A stretch of 64,000 nt of DNA from Candidatus Cloacimonadales bacterium (GTDB lineage: Bacteria > Cloacimonadota > Cloacimonadia > Cloacimonadales > JAIOQZ01), in NCBI GenBank assembly GCA_963665815.1, contig OY762463.1, forward strand, positions 2,016,001 to 2,080,000, written 5' to 3'. The position numbers were made by a program, and so were the translations under genes. The notes beneath the pieces were generated by a model. The model saw nothing but the letters and a program-made list of their open reading frames with translations, did not search any database and had not been told where the DNA came from. The number at the start of each line of letters is the position of its first letter. Position 1 is the first letter of the stretch. Shown one piece after another: positions 1-11,600 of this stretch.

Positions 1-3000
1 TATTCCACTGCACAGGGAGTATATTCGGAACTTGTAGAGAAATACCCAATGTCCGAGTTCACAAAGAAATCCTTGTTATTCCTGTTAGAGAGCTTCTATT
101 ATGATGAAAAGTACAACGAAGTAATCCTTATGTCACTAGATCTTGAAAAAAACTATGCTGACAATAAAGCAATTGCAGATGTACTCCTCATGAAAGCGAA
201 AGCATACTTCATGAACAATTCACCGAATGAAGGACAGGCTACACTCGAGAATCTGATTAAAAGTCACAAAAATTCAGATACTCATTGGGATGCGATTCTA
301 TTCCAAGTGCAAAGAATCAAAGTTAAATCAGGAAATGTTGCGGCTGCAGATAAACTCAGTTCTTATATGTCCGGTTCAATTCCAAGAAAATATCAGGAAA
401 TTTTCGGTAAGGAACTCGCAGATCTCTATATAGAAATCCATGAGTACGATAAAGCACACACTCAGTTAATGGCAATGATCACCAAGTTTGATAATTCTGA
501 CAGATTCCCGGAATACCTCAGAAATCTGTTCCTCGTTAAAAACAACCTTAAGAAATATCAGGAAGTTGTCACTCTGGCAGGTAAGACAGACAAAATCATA
601 GAGCACTCCAAATTAAAAACTGAGCTTCTGCTTGAACTTGCTAAAGCTGAATTTAATCTTAAAAAATTCAAGGATGCCGAAAATACTATCGTTGAAATCA
701 TAGCATCTGAACCTAATGAAGCTGTGTTAATTGAAACAAAGCTTCTTTCAGCTGAAATAGACGAAGGAAAAAGGTTCCTGAACAAGGCTATAGACAAGTA
801 TCTTGCGTTATTGAATAAGGATAACTTCGATCGTAAAGACAAAGTTATCTATACAATAGCAAATATTTATTTTAACGATTTATCACAATACAGAACAGCG
901 TTAAAATACTACCAGCTGATATCCACAAACTATTCGAGTTCACAATATAATGCTTCTGCATATTTCCAGATAGCTCTCTGTTATGAGTATCTCGGAGAAT
1001 ACGATCTGGCACTGGCATCTCTACAGTCTATTCCCATGGAAACAGTTAATGATAAACAATTCAGGGAAAAGGTGTCTAACAAAATGGAGTATATAAGGAA
1101 TTTCCATATAGTAGATTATAAGAAAGCATTCACAAAACTTCTCATATCAATGAATGATTATGTTACAACAAACGATAAAATCGCTTTGAAAAAGGGTATG
1201 GCAGAAGTAATGTCACAGCATCTCAAGGATTTTGACAGTGCTGTAAGCATTACTGACGGAGAATCAGACGAACAGTTATTCTATGTAACAGCAAAGACTT
1301 TCCTTAAGGCTGCCGAAAAGGCTAAATGGGAAAAGAATCAAAAGGTATTTGCTGAAAATGTTGCAGGTGCTCTTGCTCAAATCAACAAAATGAAAGAGTC
1401 TGCAGAGACTACAGAACTTAATCTCTATGCAGATCTTCTCAGAGCGGATAATCCTGCAATGGTAATTCCATCAATAGAACAGTTTGTGAAGAACAATCCG
1501 GATTATTCACGAGTAAACAACTATCTATACAGGTTAATCAGATATTATGACTCATCAGATAATATTGAAAAAGAAGCTGAATATCTCAATCTTCTCAAAC
1601 AAGATGATTCAATTGCCGATGCGGATTATATGAACGCTAAAATCAAGCTTGCAGAGTATTATTACGGTAAAAACGATTTTGCCAACGCTCTCGTTAACTA
1701 CGAAGCTACTTCCGCATTGATCTCACTTTCCAGACCTTCCGTGCTTTACCATTACACAATAGCACTCAACAAGGCAGGGAATAAAACAAAATCCATGGAT
1801 AAATTAGTATTCCTTCTTAACAATGCCGGTGGTTTCCCGGAGTACTCAGAAGCTGTGAATACTTTGACAGGCTATTATATAGAATCGAGTGAATTCAAAA
1901 AAGCCCTGAACTACTATCAGCAGATTCCTGAAAACGAAAGAAATGATGCGTACTACAGAAGACTCTACACAATATATTCAGGACTGAATAATATAGAGGA
2001 ATCCAAACGTGCACTCCTGACTGTTCAGGATAAGAATTTCGACGAACTGGCTTCTGTTGCTGAGCTTCACATAAAAACACATGATTACTCACTCGCAGAG
2101 TATACATACAAACAGCTTATAGAGAAAGATCCGGGCAATAAATTTGCATACAGACTGGCGATTGCGAATCTGGCATACGACCAGGAAGACTACAGCAAAT
2201 CAATTGAGTATTTCAAGAAAGTCACAAATGAATACATAATGGGACAAGCAAACAAGAAAGAATTGGCTAAGAAGAATATTATATCATACTATCATATTGA
2301 TAATAGACCTAAAGCAGAAGAAATTCTTAAAAAGATGAAACCTATAATAGGTGAAGATCCTGATATTCAGGCAGAGATTAAAATACACGAAGCAATCTAC
2401 TATTCAAAAATAGATATCAAGAAAGCACGCAAGATAGTTGGTAAAGTTATTAAGAATAAAAAAATAGCCGGAACAATTGTCAATACAGCTCATTTCTGGC
2501 GTGGAACATTCCTGCTCAAAGAGAAAAATTCTGAAGATGCAATAAAAGATTTTTCTGTGGTGCTGAATTCTTCGAATAAAGCACTGGTAAATCAGGCTAA
2601 TCTGAAACTGGGAACATTATATTTTTCTCAGGAGAAATATGAACAGGCTCTGGATCATTATTTCAAGGTTATTAACGGAGACGAAACAGGTAAACTTGCA
2701 CTTGATGCCGCCCGGAATTTTGCATTTGTCTGTAAGACAATCGAAGAATGGGATAAGGCTATTTCAGCCTATGAACTGATTATGGATAAATGGGGTGACA
2801 AAGAATTGGAGTCCGATGCTGTCTTTAATATTGCATACTGTTATTATCGGGATAAGAGCTACCCTAAAGCTGTTTCCATGTTCGAGAAAGCTCTGCAGTT
2901 GATTGACTCTGAAGAACTGAAAGCAGAATCGCAGTATTGGATTGGTGAATCCTACATGGGAATGTACATGTATAATGAAGCTGTCACAGCATTTCTCAAG

Positions 3001-3186
3001 GTCAGCTATAACTACCCTGACCAGACAAGATGGTCTGCTACTTCCGAGCTTCAGGCTGCCGAGGCATATATTAAGCTGAAGAAATACGAAAGAGCTTTAA
3101 CACGTTTGAAATCAATAATAGCCAAGTACGGTGCCGGTAGTAACTGGGGAAAAATAGCTCAGGAAAAGATCAGTATAATTCAGTAG
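1..3186 (+). CDS. Large tetratricopeptide-repeat protein (5'-partial; frame is open from base 1)
   Basis: Many TPR-like helix pairs (AYFQIALCYEYLGEYDLAL, AVFNIAYCYYRDKSYPKA, SQYWIGESY); no stop between base 1 and the ATG at 49. Confidence 0.85.
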   Translation, partial: YSTAQGVYSELVEKYPMSEFTKKSLLFLLESFYYDEKYNEVILMSLDLEKNYADNKAIADVLLMKAKAYFMNNSPNEGQATLENLIKSHKNSDTHWDAILFQVQRIKVKSGNVAAADKLSSYMSGSIPRKYQEIFGKELADLYIEIHEYDKAHTQLMAMITKFDNSDRFPEYLRNLFLVKNNLKKYQEVVTLAGKTDKIIEHSKLKTELLLELAKAEFNLKKFKDAENTIVEIIASEPNEAVLIETKLLSAEIDEGKRFLNKAIDKYLALLNKDNFDRKDKVIYTIANIYFNDLSQYRTALKYYQLISTNYSSSQYNASAYFQIALCYEYLGEYDLALASLQSIPMETVNDKQFREKVSNKMEYIRNFHIVDYKKAFTKLLISMNDYVTTNDKIALKKGMAEVMSQHLKDFDSAVSITDGESDEQLFYVTAKTFLKAAEKAKWEKNQKVFAENVAGALAQINKMKESAETTELNLYADLLRADNPAMVIPSIEQFVKNNPDYSRVNNYLYRLIRYYDSSDNIEKEAEYLNLLKQDDSIADADYMNAKIKLAEYYYGKNDFANALVNYEATSALISLSRPSVLYHYTIALNKAGNKTKSMDKLVFLLNNAGGFPEYSEAVNTLTGYYIESSEFKKALNYYQQIPENERNDAYYRRLYTIYSGLNNIEESKRALLTVQDKNFDELASVAELHIKTHDYSLAEYTYKQLIEKDPGNKFAYRLAIANLAYDQEDYSKSIEYFKKVTNEYIMGQANKKELAKKNIISYYHIDNRPKAEEILKKMKPIIGEDPDIQAEIKIHEAIYYSKIDIKKARKIVGKVIKNKKIAGTIVNTAHFWRGTFLLKEKNSEDAIKDFSVVLNSSNKALVNQANLKLGTLYFSQEKYEQALDHYFKVINGDETGKLALDAARNFAFVCKTIEEWDKAISAYELIMDKWGDKELESDAVFNIAYCYYRDKSYPKAVSMFEKALQLIDSEELKAESQYWIGESYMGMYMYNEAVTAFLKVSYNYPDQTRWSATSELQAAEAYIKLKKYERALTRLKSIIAKYGAGSNWGKIAQEKISIIQ

Positions 3187-3248
3187 TTTTCATTTTCTTG
3201 GATTTTACAAACTTAACTTGTAAAAAAATAAGGACTTGATTGTTTCCC

Positions 3249-3457
3249 TGACAGACTGTGTAAAAACGCAGGCTACACCTTATTCTATACTCTATTAGAA
3301 TTTATGTCGCATATTTTCCCGATTCTTCGGGACTCATTCAACTTAAGTTACTGACATATTTAACTTTGCAAGCTCCCTGAGCCCCGATGAAGTCGGGAAA
3401 GGGAATAAGGTTTGAAACAAAGGGACGACAAAATTTACGTTCTTACACAGCCTGTCA
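3249..3457. mobile_element. Putative MITE (non-autonomous IS remnant)
   Basis: 20-bp terminal inverted repeats, 18/20 match: TGACAGACTGTGTAAAAACG (3249-3268) and CGTTCTTACACAGCCTGTCA (3438-3457); no transposase ORF; internal CCCGA..TCGGG hairpins. Confidence 0.6.
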
Positions 3458-3758
3458 TTCAACTTATCTTTTAGCTCGGAAATGAGTTTCAGGTATTCCA
3501 GTGGTATACTTTTTTGAGTCGAGTCATTTTTTTTGAATTGATCATTAATCCCGATCGTTATAAAGGTGGATAATGAACTCACTAAGCAGTAAATAATTTT
3601 TGTGAAATAAGATTGACATTTCTTTTGAGTTATTATCATATTAAAATGGTTGAAAATCTGATTAATTGTACATTAATCATCTCGAAATTCCTGCATCGTC
3701 TGTAGAAGTTACGAATCACGTCCATGCAGGATTTCATCATTTTATTCTGGAGTAAAGT

Positions 3759-5132
3759 ATGAACACAAAACTTGGTACAGTCCTTATTGTTGATGATAAT
3801 GAAGACATCCTTTTCTCACTGGAACTGCTTCTTAAAACATCTGCCGAAAAAATAATCACCTTGAATAAACCTGATAGAATTATTAATATATTAAAGAATG
3901 AAACCATAGATGTAATCCTGCTGGATATGAATTTCAACGATGATACTATCAGCGGAAAAGAAGGTTTTTACTGGCTTGAAAAAATTCTGGAACAGGATTC
4001 TGAAGCAGTAGTGCTGTTCATAACAGCTTATGGAGGAGTGGATCAGGCTGTTAAAGCTGTTCATGCCGGGGCAACGGACTTTGTTCTCAAACCCTGGAAG
4101 AACGAAAAACTGATGACAACTATTGAATCTGCCAGTAAACTACGCAAAACACGTCGGGAAGCTCGACAGCTTAAAGAAAAGCAATCAGAACTGATCAATG
4201 TTACCAACAGTTCATTCCACGATCTTATAGGTATATCCAATGAAATGAACACTGTCTTTTCCACTATAAAGAAAGTAGCGAAAACCGATGCTAATATTCT
4301 TATTCTTGGAGAAAACGGTACAGGAAAAGAACTTGTTGCCAGAGCACTGCATAAAGCATCCGAAAGGTCTGACCAGATTTTTGTAAATGTTGATTTGGGA
4401 GCTATAAGCGAAACACTTTTCGAAAGTGAGTTATTTGGGCATGTGAAGGGCGCATTTACTGATGCCAAAAAAGACAGAATCGGTCGATTTGAACTTGCAT
4501 CTGAAGGAACGATATTTCTGGATGAGATTGGCAATCTTTCATTACCGCTTCAATCAAAACTTCTGCATGTCCTTGAGAATGGTAAAATTGTCAGGGTAGG
4601 TTCTAACAGGCAGATACCGGTCAATGTGAGATTCATCTGTGCAACAAACATGCCTTTATATAAAATGGTTCAGGAAAACACATTCCGTCAGGATCTTCTC
4701 TACAGAATCAATACTGTGGAAGTAAATTTACCTCCCCTGAGAGAACGCAGAGAAGATATAAAGCTTCTCGCTGATCATTTCCTGCAGCAGTTCGCAAAGA
4801 AATACAAAAAAAACATACGAAAAGTAAGTAAAAAAGCTATTCATGTTCTGGAAGAATACTCCTGGCCGGGAAACATCAGGGAACTGAGGCACTCAATTGA
4901 AAGAGCTGTAATTCTAAGTGATTCCGATCAGCTTAATGAAACTGATTTCCATCTGACACACGCTGTCGAATCCATAGATAACCATATTATGAGTTACAAT
5001 CTGGAAGAAGTGGAAAAGCAGACGATAAAGAAAGTAATCCGTAAGTATAAGGGAAATGTAACCAAAGCTGCCAAAGAACTTGGACTGACCAGAACATCTC
5101 TTTACAGAAGACTCGAAAAATACGGATTGTAA
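3759..5132 (+). CDS. NtrC-family sigma54-dependent response regulator (REC-AAA+-Fis HTH)
   Basis: VDD..LLDMN receiver, GENGTGKE Walker A, GAFTDA loop, FLDEIG Walker B, WPGNIREL, C-terminal HTH. Confidence 0.95.
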   Translation: MNTKLGTVLIVDDNEDILFSLELLLKTSAEKIITLNKPDRIINILKNETIDVILLDMNFNDDTISGKEGFYWLEKILEQDSEAVVLFITAYGGVDQAVKAVHAGATDFVLKPWKNEKLMTTIESASKLRKTRREARQLKEKQSELINVTNSSFHDLIGISNEMNTVFSTIKKVAKTDANILILGENGTGKELVARALHKASERSDQIFVNVDLGAISETLFESELFGHVKGAFTDAKKDRIGRFELASEGTIFLDEIGNLSLPLQSKLLHVLENGKIVRVGSNRQIPVNVRFICATNMPLYKMVQENTFRQDLLYRINTVEVNLPPLRERREDIKLLADHFLQQFAKKYKKNIRKVSKKAIHVLEEYSWPGNIRELRHSIERAVILSDSDQLNETDFHLTHAVESIDNHIMSYNLEEVEKQTIKKVIRKYKGNVTKAAKELGLTRTSLYRRLEKYGL

Positions 5133-5133
5133 T

Positions 5134-6489
5134 ATGCTGAATCATTCTTTCAGACTGAAGTGTATACTGAGATGTGTACTTCTCTTTGCATCAATTATGC
5201 TGATATTCCATCTGCATTACAGTACATCCCTTATATATACCAAGCTGCTTCTTTCCCTTGTGATCATTTTTCAGGTAATAGACCTTATTCATTTCGTGGA
5301 ACGTACAAATTATATTGTTTCAACTTTCCTGCAATCCATAAAGTACTCCGAATTCCGACAGTCTTTTGAAGTAGCAGATCTGGGAATATCTTTTCAGGGA
5401 CTCAAAGAAGCATTCAATAATGTTATTGTGGATTTCCAGAAGATGCGATCAGAGTCTTCGGAACATTACCAGTATCTCCAGAATGTAATACAGCATATTG
5501 GTATCGGACTGATTGCTTTCAGACATGATGGAAAAATAGAATTCATGAACAAAGCTGCTCAAAAGCTTTTCAAGCTCAAAGATCTGACTTATATTCAGAA
5601 ACTAAGTATCATTAGCAAAGATTTACCGGGAATTCTCTTCAAGATGAAGTCAGGAGAGAAAATCCTGATTAAGGCTGTTGATAAGCACAGAGAGCTTCAA
5701 CTCAGTTTAAATGCTACCGAATTCAAGCTTAGCGACAGATTCATTACGATTGTCAGCTTTCAGAATATAGGCAGCGAACTCGAAGAAAAAGAGCTTGAAG
5801 CCTGGCAGAAACTTATCCGTGTTATGACACATGAAATCATGAACTCAATCACTCCAATATCATCTCTTACGTCTACCGTAGATACTATGCTTGGAGGAAT
5901 TGCAGATCAGTGCAGTACAGAAAAAAACGCTGTATGCTCCCAGATATCTGACATACAGAGAGCAGTTAAAACTATCCAGAAAAGATCTGAAGGCTTAACT
6001 CATTTCGTGCAGTCATACAGAAATCTTACACATATCCCTGAGCCTAAATTTTCTAATGTATCAATCAATGAGTTGTTCAACAGAGTTATCCTGCTTATGC
6101 AGAATGAGCTGAGAAATGCCGGAATTGCAATAGCCGGACAATGCGATCCTGAAACTCTGGAAATTACAGCAGATGATGAATTAATAGAACAAGTTCTGAT
6201 AAACCTGATAAAGAATAGTATTAATGCTCTTTCCGGCAGAAGAAACGGTAATATAAACCTCTCAGCATTTCTGGCTGAAAACGGTATTGTTCAAATTAAC
6301 GTAACTGATAATGGAACAGGTATTCTGCCAGAGATTCAGGAAAAGATTTTTATCCCGTTTTTTACAACTCGTCAGCAGGGTTCAGGAATCGGTCTCAGCC
6401 TCACAAGACAGATTATGAAGCTGCATGGCGGAGCTATCAAAGTTAACTCTGAACAAAATGAAGGCACAACTTTCTCATTACTTTTCTAA
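5134..6489 (+). CDS. Membrane sensor histidine kinase (PAS + HisKA + HATPase)
   Basis: Two N-terminal TM segments, H-box MTHEIMNSITPI, N box NLIKNS, DNGTG, FFTT, GSGIGL. Confidence 0.93.
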   Translation: MLNHSFRLKCILRCVLLFASIMLIFHLHYSTSLIYTKLLLSLVIIFQVIDLIHFVERTNYIVSTFLQSIKYSEFRQSFEVADLGISFQGLKEAFNNVIVDFQKMRSESSEHYQYLQNVIQHIGIGLIAFRHDGKIEFMNKAAQKLFKLKDLTYIQKLSIISKDLPGILFKMKSGEKILIKAVDKHRELQLSLNATEFKLSDRFITIVSFQNIGSELEEKELEAWQKLIRVMTHEIMNSITPISSLTSTVDTMLGGIADQCSTEKNAVCSQISDIQRAVKTIQKRSEGLTHFVQSYRNLTHIPEPKFSNVSINELFNRVILLMQNELRNAGIAIAGQCDPETLEITADDELIEQVLINLIKNSINALSGRRNGNINLSAFLAENGIVQINVTDNGTGILPEIQEKIFIPFFTTRQQGSGIGLSLTRQIMKLHGGAIKVNSEQNEGTTFSLLF

Positions 6490-6535
6490 TCTTCTTTAAT
6501 CCATATATATCTTTTTTAACAAAATCAAAAAAAAT

Positions 6536-6559
6536 GAACAATATCCTTTCTGAATCGTT
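6536..6559 (+). promoter_or_regulatory. Putative ECF sigma promoter
   Basis: GAAC-N16-CGTT upstream of the operon that encodes an ECF sigma factor. Confidence 0.55.
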
Positions 6560-6634
6560 TTAAAGATAAAAGAAGATATTTTGCGACATCATGAAATCCA
6601 GATTTCATGATGCAAGGTTATCAAGGAGTAAAAA

Positions 6635-7771
6635 ATGAAAAGAATATTATTAATCATCTGTCTCGTTATTTTTGCTGTAGTACAGCTGTCAAGTGCAGAG
6701 CTTCAGACTGTCAGATCAATGAGAAGAGTTTCTTTCAGTGGAGAGGAGTACATTAATCTATCGAAGTCCTGGCAGGAAAAATGTGTTGAGGAACCCGGCA
6801 ATCTTGAGAACTGGATCAATCTTTTTTTTGCTGTGAAATACTCGAAATTCGATAAAAAAACAGGAGTCTTCGGTAAAGACAAAGACACAAATCTGAAATA
6901 TGTCACTAAAGGTATAAAAAGAAATTTCGGAGAAAATTACTTTTACTGGTACACTGTAGGGGAAACAACAAAATATCCGGATAATATTGATGCTCTGAAA
7001 AAATCCTTTAATCTAAATAAACAGTTTGATGAAACAATTGTTTCCATGTTGACCTGGTACATTAGACAGAACGACGACAAAAGGGTGAAAGAGTTCTGCC
7101 AGAGACTCTATGATATCAGAAGCTATCCGGATTACTTTCTGCACATGGGCTATAACTATCTTGTTGGTACAGAAAAAAATGCAATTGTTTTTACAAATGG
7201 CGACAATGATACATTTCCACTATGGCTGCTTCAGTATGTGAAGGGCATAAGGCAGGATGTAACTGTACTTAACGTAAGTTTAAGCTATGATCAGGATTAT
7301 CTCGAAGACTTCCTGCAATCAAGAGGGATAGACTGGAAAAAGAAGAAAAATTATCAGTTTAAAGATTTGTTAGATTACCTTGTGAAAAATCAAAAAGACA
7401 AAGCATTATACTTTGGGATCACAGTTGCTCCATCCTATAAAGAAGGCTTTAGTGAAAAGCTGTATAGTGAAGGTTTTCTGGAAAAATACAGTGAAAACAA
7501 ATATGATAACTTCGCTGTATTCATTAATAACATGGAAAATAAGTATCTGTTTGATCACCTTAAAATGAACTATTATGAAGAAGATATACTTGAAAGAGAG
7601 CTTATCGATAAAAGAATGAACATGAATTATCTGGCTTTAGCTGCCAAGCTGTATGAACATTATAAAAAATCAGGTAACTCAGGGCTTGCAGATAAATGGA
7701 AAAGACTTAGTATCTCTCTGGCGGAGAAAACCGGCAGGAAGAACATTGTTGAACTTATAAAAAAGCAGTAA
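6635..7771 (+). CDS. Exported protein containing a segment like the soluble part of DUF2723/TMEM260-family proteins
   Basis: Signal peptide; motif NAIVFTNGDNDTFPLWLLQYVKGIRQDVTVLNVSL. Confidence 0.6.
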   Translation: MKRILLIICLVIFAVVQLSSAELQTVRSMRRVSFSGEEYINLSKSWQEKCVEEPGNLENWINLFFAVKYSKFDKKTGVFGKDKDTNLKYVTKGIKRNFGENYFYWYTVGETTKYPDNIDALKKSFNLNKQFDETIVSMLTWYIRQNDDKRVKEFCQRLYDIRSYPDYFLHMGYNYLVGTEKNAIVFTNGDNDTFPLWLLQYVKGIRQDVTVLNVSLSYDQDYLEDFLQSRGIDWKKKKNYQFKDLLDYLVKNQKDKALYFGITVAPSYKEGFSEKLYSEGFLEKYSENKYDNFAVFINNMENKYLFDHLKMNYYEEDILERELIDKRMNMNYLALAAKLYEHYKKSGNSGLADKWKRLSISLAEKTGRKNIVELIKKQ

Positions 7772-8316
7772 TGAAAGATTATTCCGATGAAAAGCTCGTT
7801 CAGCTTTTGAGTTACAGAGATAATGAAGCGTTAAATGAGCTGTATTTACGATACAGCTCAATGATGTTTTCTTTTTTTCTCAGCATGTCAAAGTCGAGAG
7901 AACTGGCAGAAGATCTGACTCAAGATATTTTTATCAAACTTATTGATAAAGCAGACAGATACAAACAGAAAATTTCTTTCAAATCATGGCTATTCAGAAT
8001 GGCAAGGAACATGTATCTCGATAAATACAGATTTTTCAAGATGGAGATGCGAAAACTTGATATTGTGAAGCATAAATCTGATAAGATTGATAATGAGACA
8101 GATGATATCAGACATATTGTGATAAAGCATCTGGATTGTCTTAAACCTAAGAAAAGAATGTGCTTTGTTATGCGGTATCTTCATGACTTCTCTATCTCGG
8201 AAATTGGCGAGATAATGAAATGTTCTGAAGGAACAGTGCGTTCAAGACTGCATTATGCAAAAGAAGAGTTGAAGAAAAAAATTGGTAGCAATATTGGAGA
8301 TTACTATGAAAGATAA
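7771..8316 (+). CDS. ECF RNA polymerase sigma factor
   Basis: AEDLTQDIFIKL, SFKSWLFRMARN (region 2); SISEIGEIMKCSEGTVRSRLHYA (region 4). Confidence 0.95.
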   Translation: MKDYSDEKLVQLLSYRDNEALNELYLRYSSMMFSFFLSMSKSRELAEDLTQDIFIKLIDKADRYKQKISFKSWLFRMARNMYLDKYRFFKMEMRKLDIVKHKSDKIDNETDDIRHIVIKHLDCLKPKKRMCFVMRYLHDFSISEIGEIMKCSEGTVRSRLHYAKEELKKKIGSNIGDYYER

Positions 8317-8668
8317 ACAAAACGAAAAGCTGGATAATCGAATCTCTGAGATTTTGAAAGCTGAGTTTTCAGAGAAACCGGATATAAAAGTCTTTGAAGG
8401 TATTTCTGAACATTTCGAAAAAACAAAAGGCAGAAAGTCTGCAAAAGTTACGACATTTATGAATTCTTTTTACAAGATTGCTGCGGGTTTTGCCTTATTT
8501 CTTGTCGTAACTTTCTACACAATGGGTTATCTGAAGGATGAAAGTAAGCAAATGAGTATCAGGCAAAGTCTTCCTGAATTGTATTCTCGTGCCTCCTGGA
8601 ATATAGGAACCAGCATTGTACAGGATTCGCTAAAATTTGTACAGGCTTCCGTTTTAGAAATCAGGTGA
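8306..8668 (+). CDS. Putative single-TM anti-sigma factor
   Basis: Overlaps the sigma 3' end; GGAG RBS before ATG 8306; one TM (IAAGFALFLVVTFY). Confidence 0.65.
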   Translation: MKDKQNEKLDNRISEILKAEFSEKPDIKVFEGISEHFEKTKGRKSAKVTTFMNSFYKIAAGFALFLVVTFYTMGYLKDESKQMSIRQSLPELYSRASWNIGTSIVQDSLKFVQASVLEIR

Positions 8669-11600
8669 CAGTGAGAAATAATATCCAGGTTTAGTAGTTT
8701 CCTGAAAATCACTTGTCCAGGCTATATCCAGCTTCAGTGTTATGAAACCAAGACCGACTCTCGGACCAAAACCAAATCCGAAAACAAGATCATGCAGTTT
8801 GTCTTCCTTATAACCCCGGAAATCATCCCATTCGTCCCAGACGCTTCCAACATCTGCAAACAAAGATCCACGTATGTTCTGTAACGTAATAGGCAGTGGG
8901 AACCCAAGCTGCAGATAATCAACAAATGGATATCTCAATTCAAGAGTTGCCATAGTCTTAAATCTGGCATCATCATCTTCATCATCCGGAACAGTATAGC
9001 CCCTTATACCTTCGTAACCTTCCAGAGTAAATTCCTGTGGATTCTTTCCAAAACTCGCTGCTCCAACAAATCTGCCTGCAATGGCAAACCGTTTAGCAAA
9101 AAAGAAGTACTTTCTTAAATCTAGATAACCTGTAGAGTGTTCAAATTCTTTTGAAAAATTTCTGTTAACAAGACAGATACCCCGCCAACCCTGTATTGGA
9201 CCGGTTGAAGCATAAAGAACATTATCATGAACTAATCTGAACTGGGGCATATACAGTTCGTCTTCTATTTTATCTACAAATGTAACAGGATCTTCATAGT
9301 GATACAAATCGGTTACCCGGTATTCTTCCCTGCGCTTCAGTATGTAATTCTCCATATCAATACGCCAGAATTTGTTAAATGGATAACTTATCAAAGAATA
9401 AACACCAAATTCTTTCTCAATCTCCTGAACTTCTTCAGTTTTAATATAGTATGTACTGCCCGGGTATCTGCGGTAAATATCTATATTATCTTCATCGTAA
9501 AAGTGAATTATACCAAAACCATAATCAATTCTATGAGGTCTGTATATGTAGTTCAGAATCAAATCCGAATTCTTGAATGTACCGTTAATTCCGGTTCTTA
9601 CACCAAGCCCATGGTCACCCATCAGATCACTCATACTAAACTGAATATAACCTACTGCTCCGAGGCTGGAAGAATATCCCATACCTCCCCAGAATCGATC
9701 CAGAGAGAATTTCAGTTTGTATGGTTCCGGAACAGGCGGTTTGCTTATTGAATCAGGTTTACTGTCAATCCTGCTGTTATGTGAATCCGCAACGGAATCG
9801 GAATGTGCTTCTTTTCTGAAACTTATGGTTGTGACATTCCTGTTTGAATAATCAGGACGTTTTTTCTTAAATTCACGTTCTTTAAATCCATAGTATTTAT
9901 ATCTGTCTATTTTGAATTTTTCTTCAAAGTCATCCTGAAATAGAAATTCCTGAGGTATTTTATAGTCAAAGTATTCAAGACTGTCCAGGGGAGACTCATA
10001 AATATAAATATTCCAACCATTATCAAAGAAAGATGAAAAAACCATAAGGTTATCATCATTACCAATATCTCCATTCATAATACCAGTGAGAGATCTTGTA
10101 ACAGATGCTCTTTTACCGGTTTCAATGTTAACCAGATCGTAATTGGCAATATCTTCTCTTTCTGTGACAAAGAGAATTGATTTACCGTCTGCTGTCCACA
10201 TTGGAGCAAAGTTTCTGTAATCATCCGTGGTTACTGAATAGAAATTACTATCTGCAAAATCAAAATAAAAAATGTTATCTGTCATCGCATAGAAAACATG
10301 CAGACTATCCACCGGAATTGAGTTAAGATATCTCTCAGAAGTAAAAACTATTTTTGCGTCATCAGGAGACCAGCGAGGAGCCGAATCATCATATCTGTCA
10401 TTTGATAACTGCTGTATCTGTTTACTGTTGATGTCATACACGTAAATATCTGTTGCCATGTTTTTCTGACCTGAAAACGCAATTTTGTTTCCTTCATGGT
10501 TAACATCTATCTCATAAATATTGCTGAACTCAGACAGAATTATCTCATTAATAATCTTTTTCTTTTCTGAATCAAAAATGTAAATGTAATCACCTCTGGA
10601 TGTCTTGCCTACAAATGCAAATCGTTTCCCATCCGGGAACCATGAAATGTTATTTCTCTGAAAGTGAAATTCTTCAATTGAACCGTTAATTTCTCCGGTA
10701 ATAAGCTTTTTATCTTTTTTAATCCCAAGGACAGTAGATTCCCAGATACCTGTTCTCAGATTCCTGTTACTAAAATATGCATACTTGTTTCCCAGAGGAC
10801 TTATTCTCGGAGCAACATTCATATTTGCTTCTGTTTTCTTATGATCTGTTCTTTTCTCGAAATTTTCAAAAGGCAGAGTAAATTTTTTCAGCAGTTCAAG
10901 GGAGTTCTTTTTCTCATAAATTCTCCACTGTTTCTGAACATCTTCAAACTTTAAACTGAACACTTTTTCGCATACAGCATCAATATCGTTCATTGTAAGA
11001 AGTGTATAATAGAAATCCATAACAGTTTCGGAACCGTATTTTTCTCTGACAAAATTCAGGAAAGCTTCTCCTTCTCTGTAAGCATAATACCCACCAACAT
11101 AATCTAAGGGAATAAGATAATCATTGATGATCATGTCTTTGATAAACATGTTGTTGTAAACAGTATTTCCACCAATCGAAAGGTGCTCGGGAAGACCTTC
11201 GCTGAACCAGAACGGCAATGATCCGTTTCCCACAGAATACATCGATGATCTGGATGAAGACTGCATAGCTTTATCATAAGCATGAGTGAGCTCATGAATC
11301 AATACTTTCTCCAGCTTTACATAGCTACCGTCAAACGGAACAACCACTCTGTTCTTTTCATGTTCTGTAAAGCCCCCTACTCCTTCGCTCAGCAATGGAT
11401 AAATGATATTTGTTGATTCGAAAGCTGTATGGGAGTCATAGAAAATAACAGGGATTCGATACATAATAGGTTTTTTAAAGTTTTGTTTAAGATAATAATA
11501 TGCGTTCTCAGACATTAGTGTGGCAATTTTTCCGAATTCTTCGGCATCTTTTTTGAAGTAAATATCAAAGTGCATAGTTTTAATCATAGACCATTCCATC

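Noticed and set aside
3343-3639. 98-aa minus-strand ORF
   Set aside because: Overlaps the MITE-like element and promoter region; no recognisable protein features
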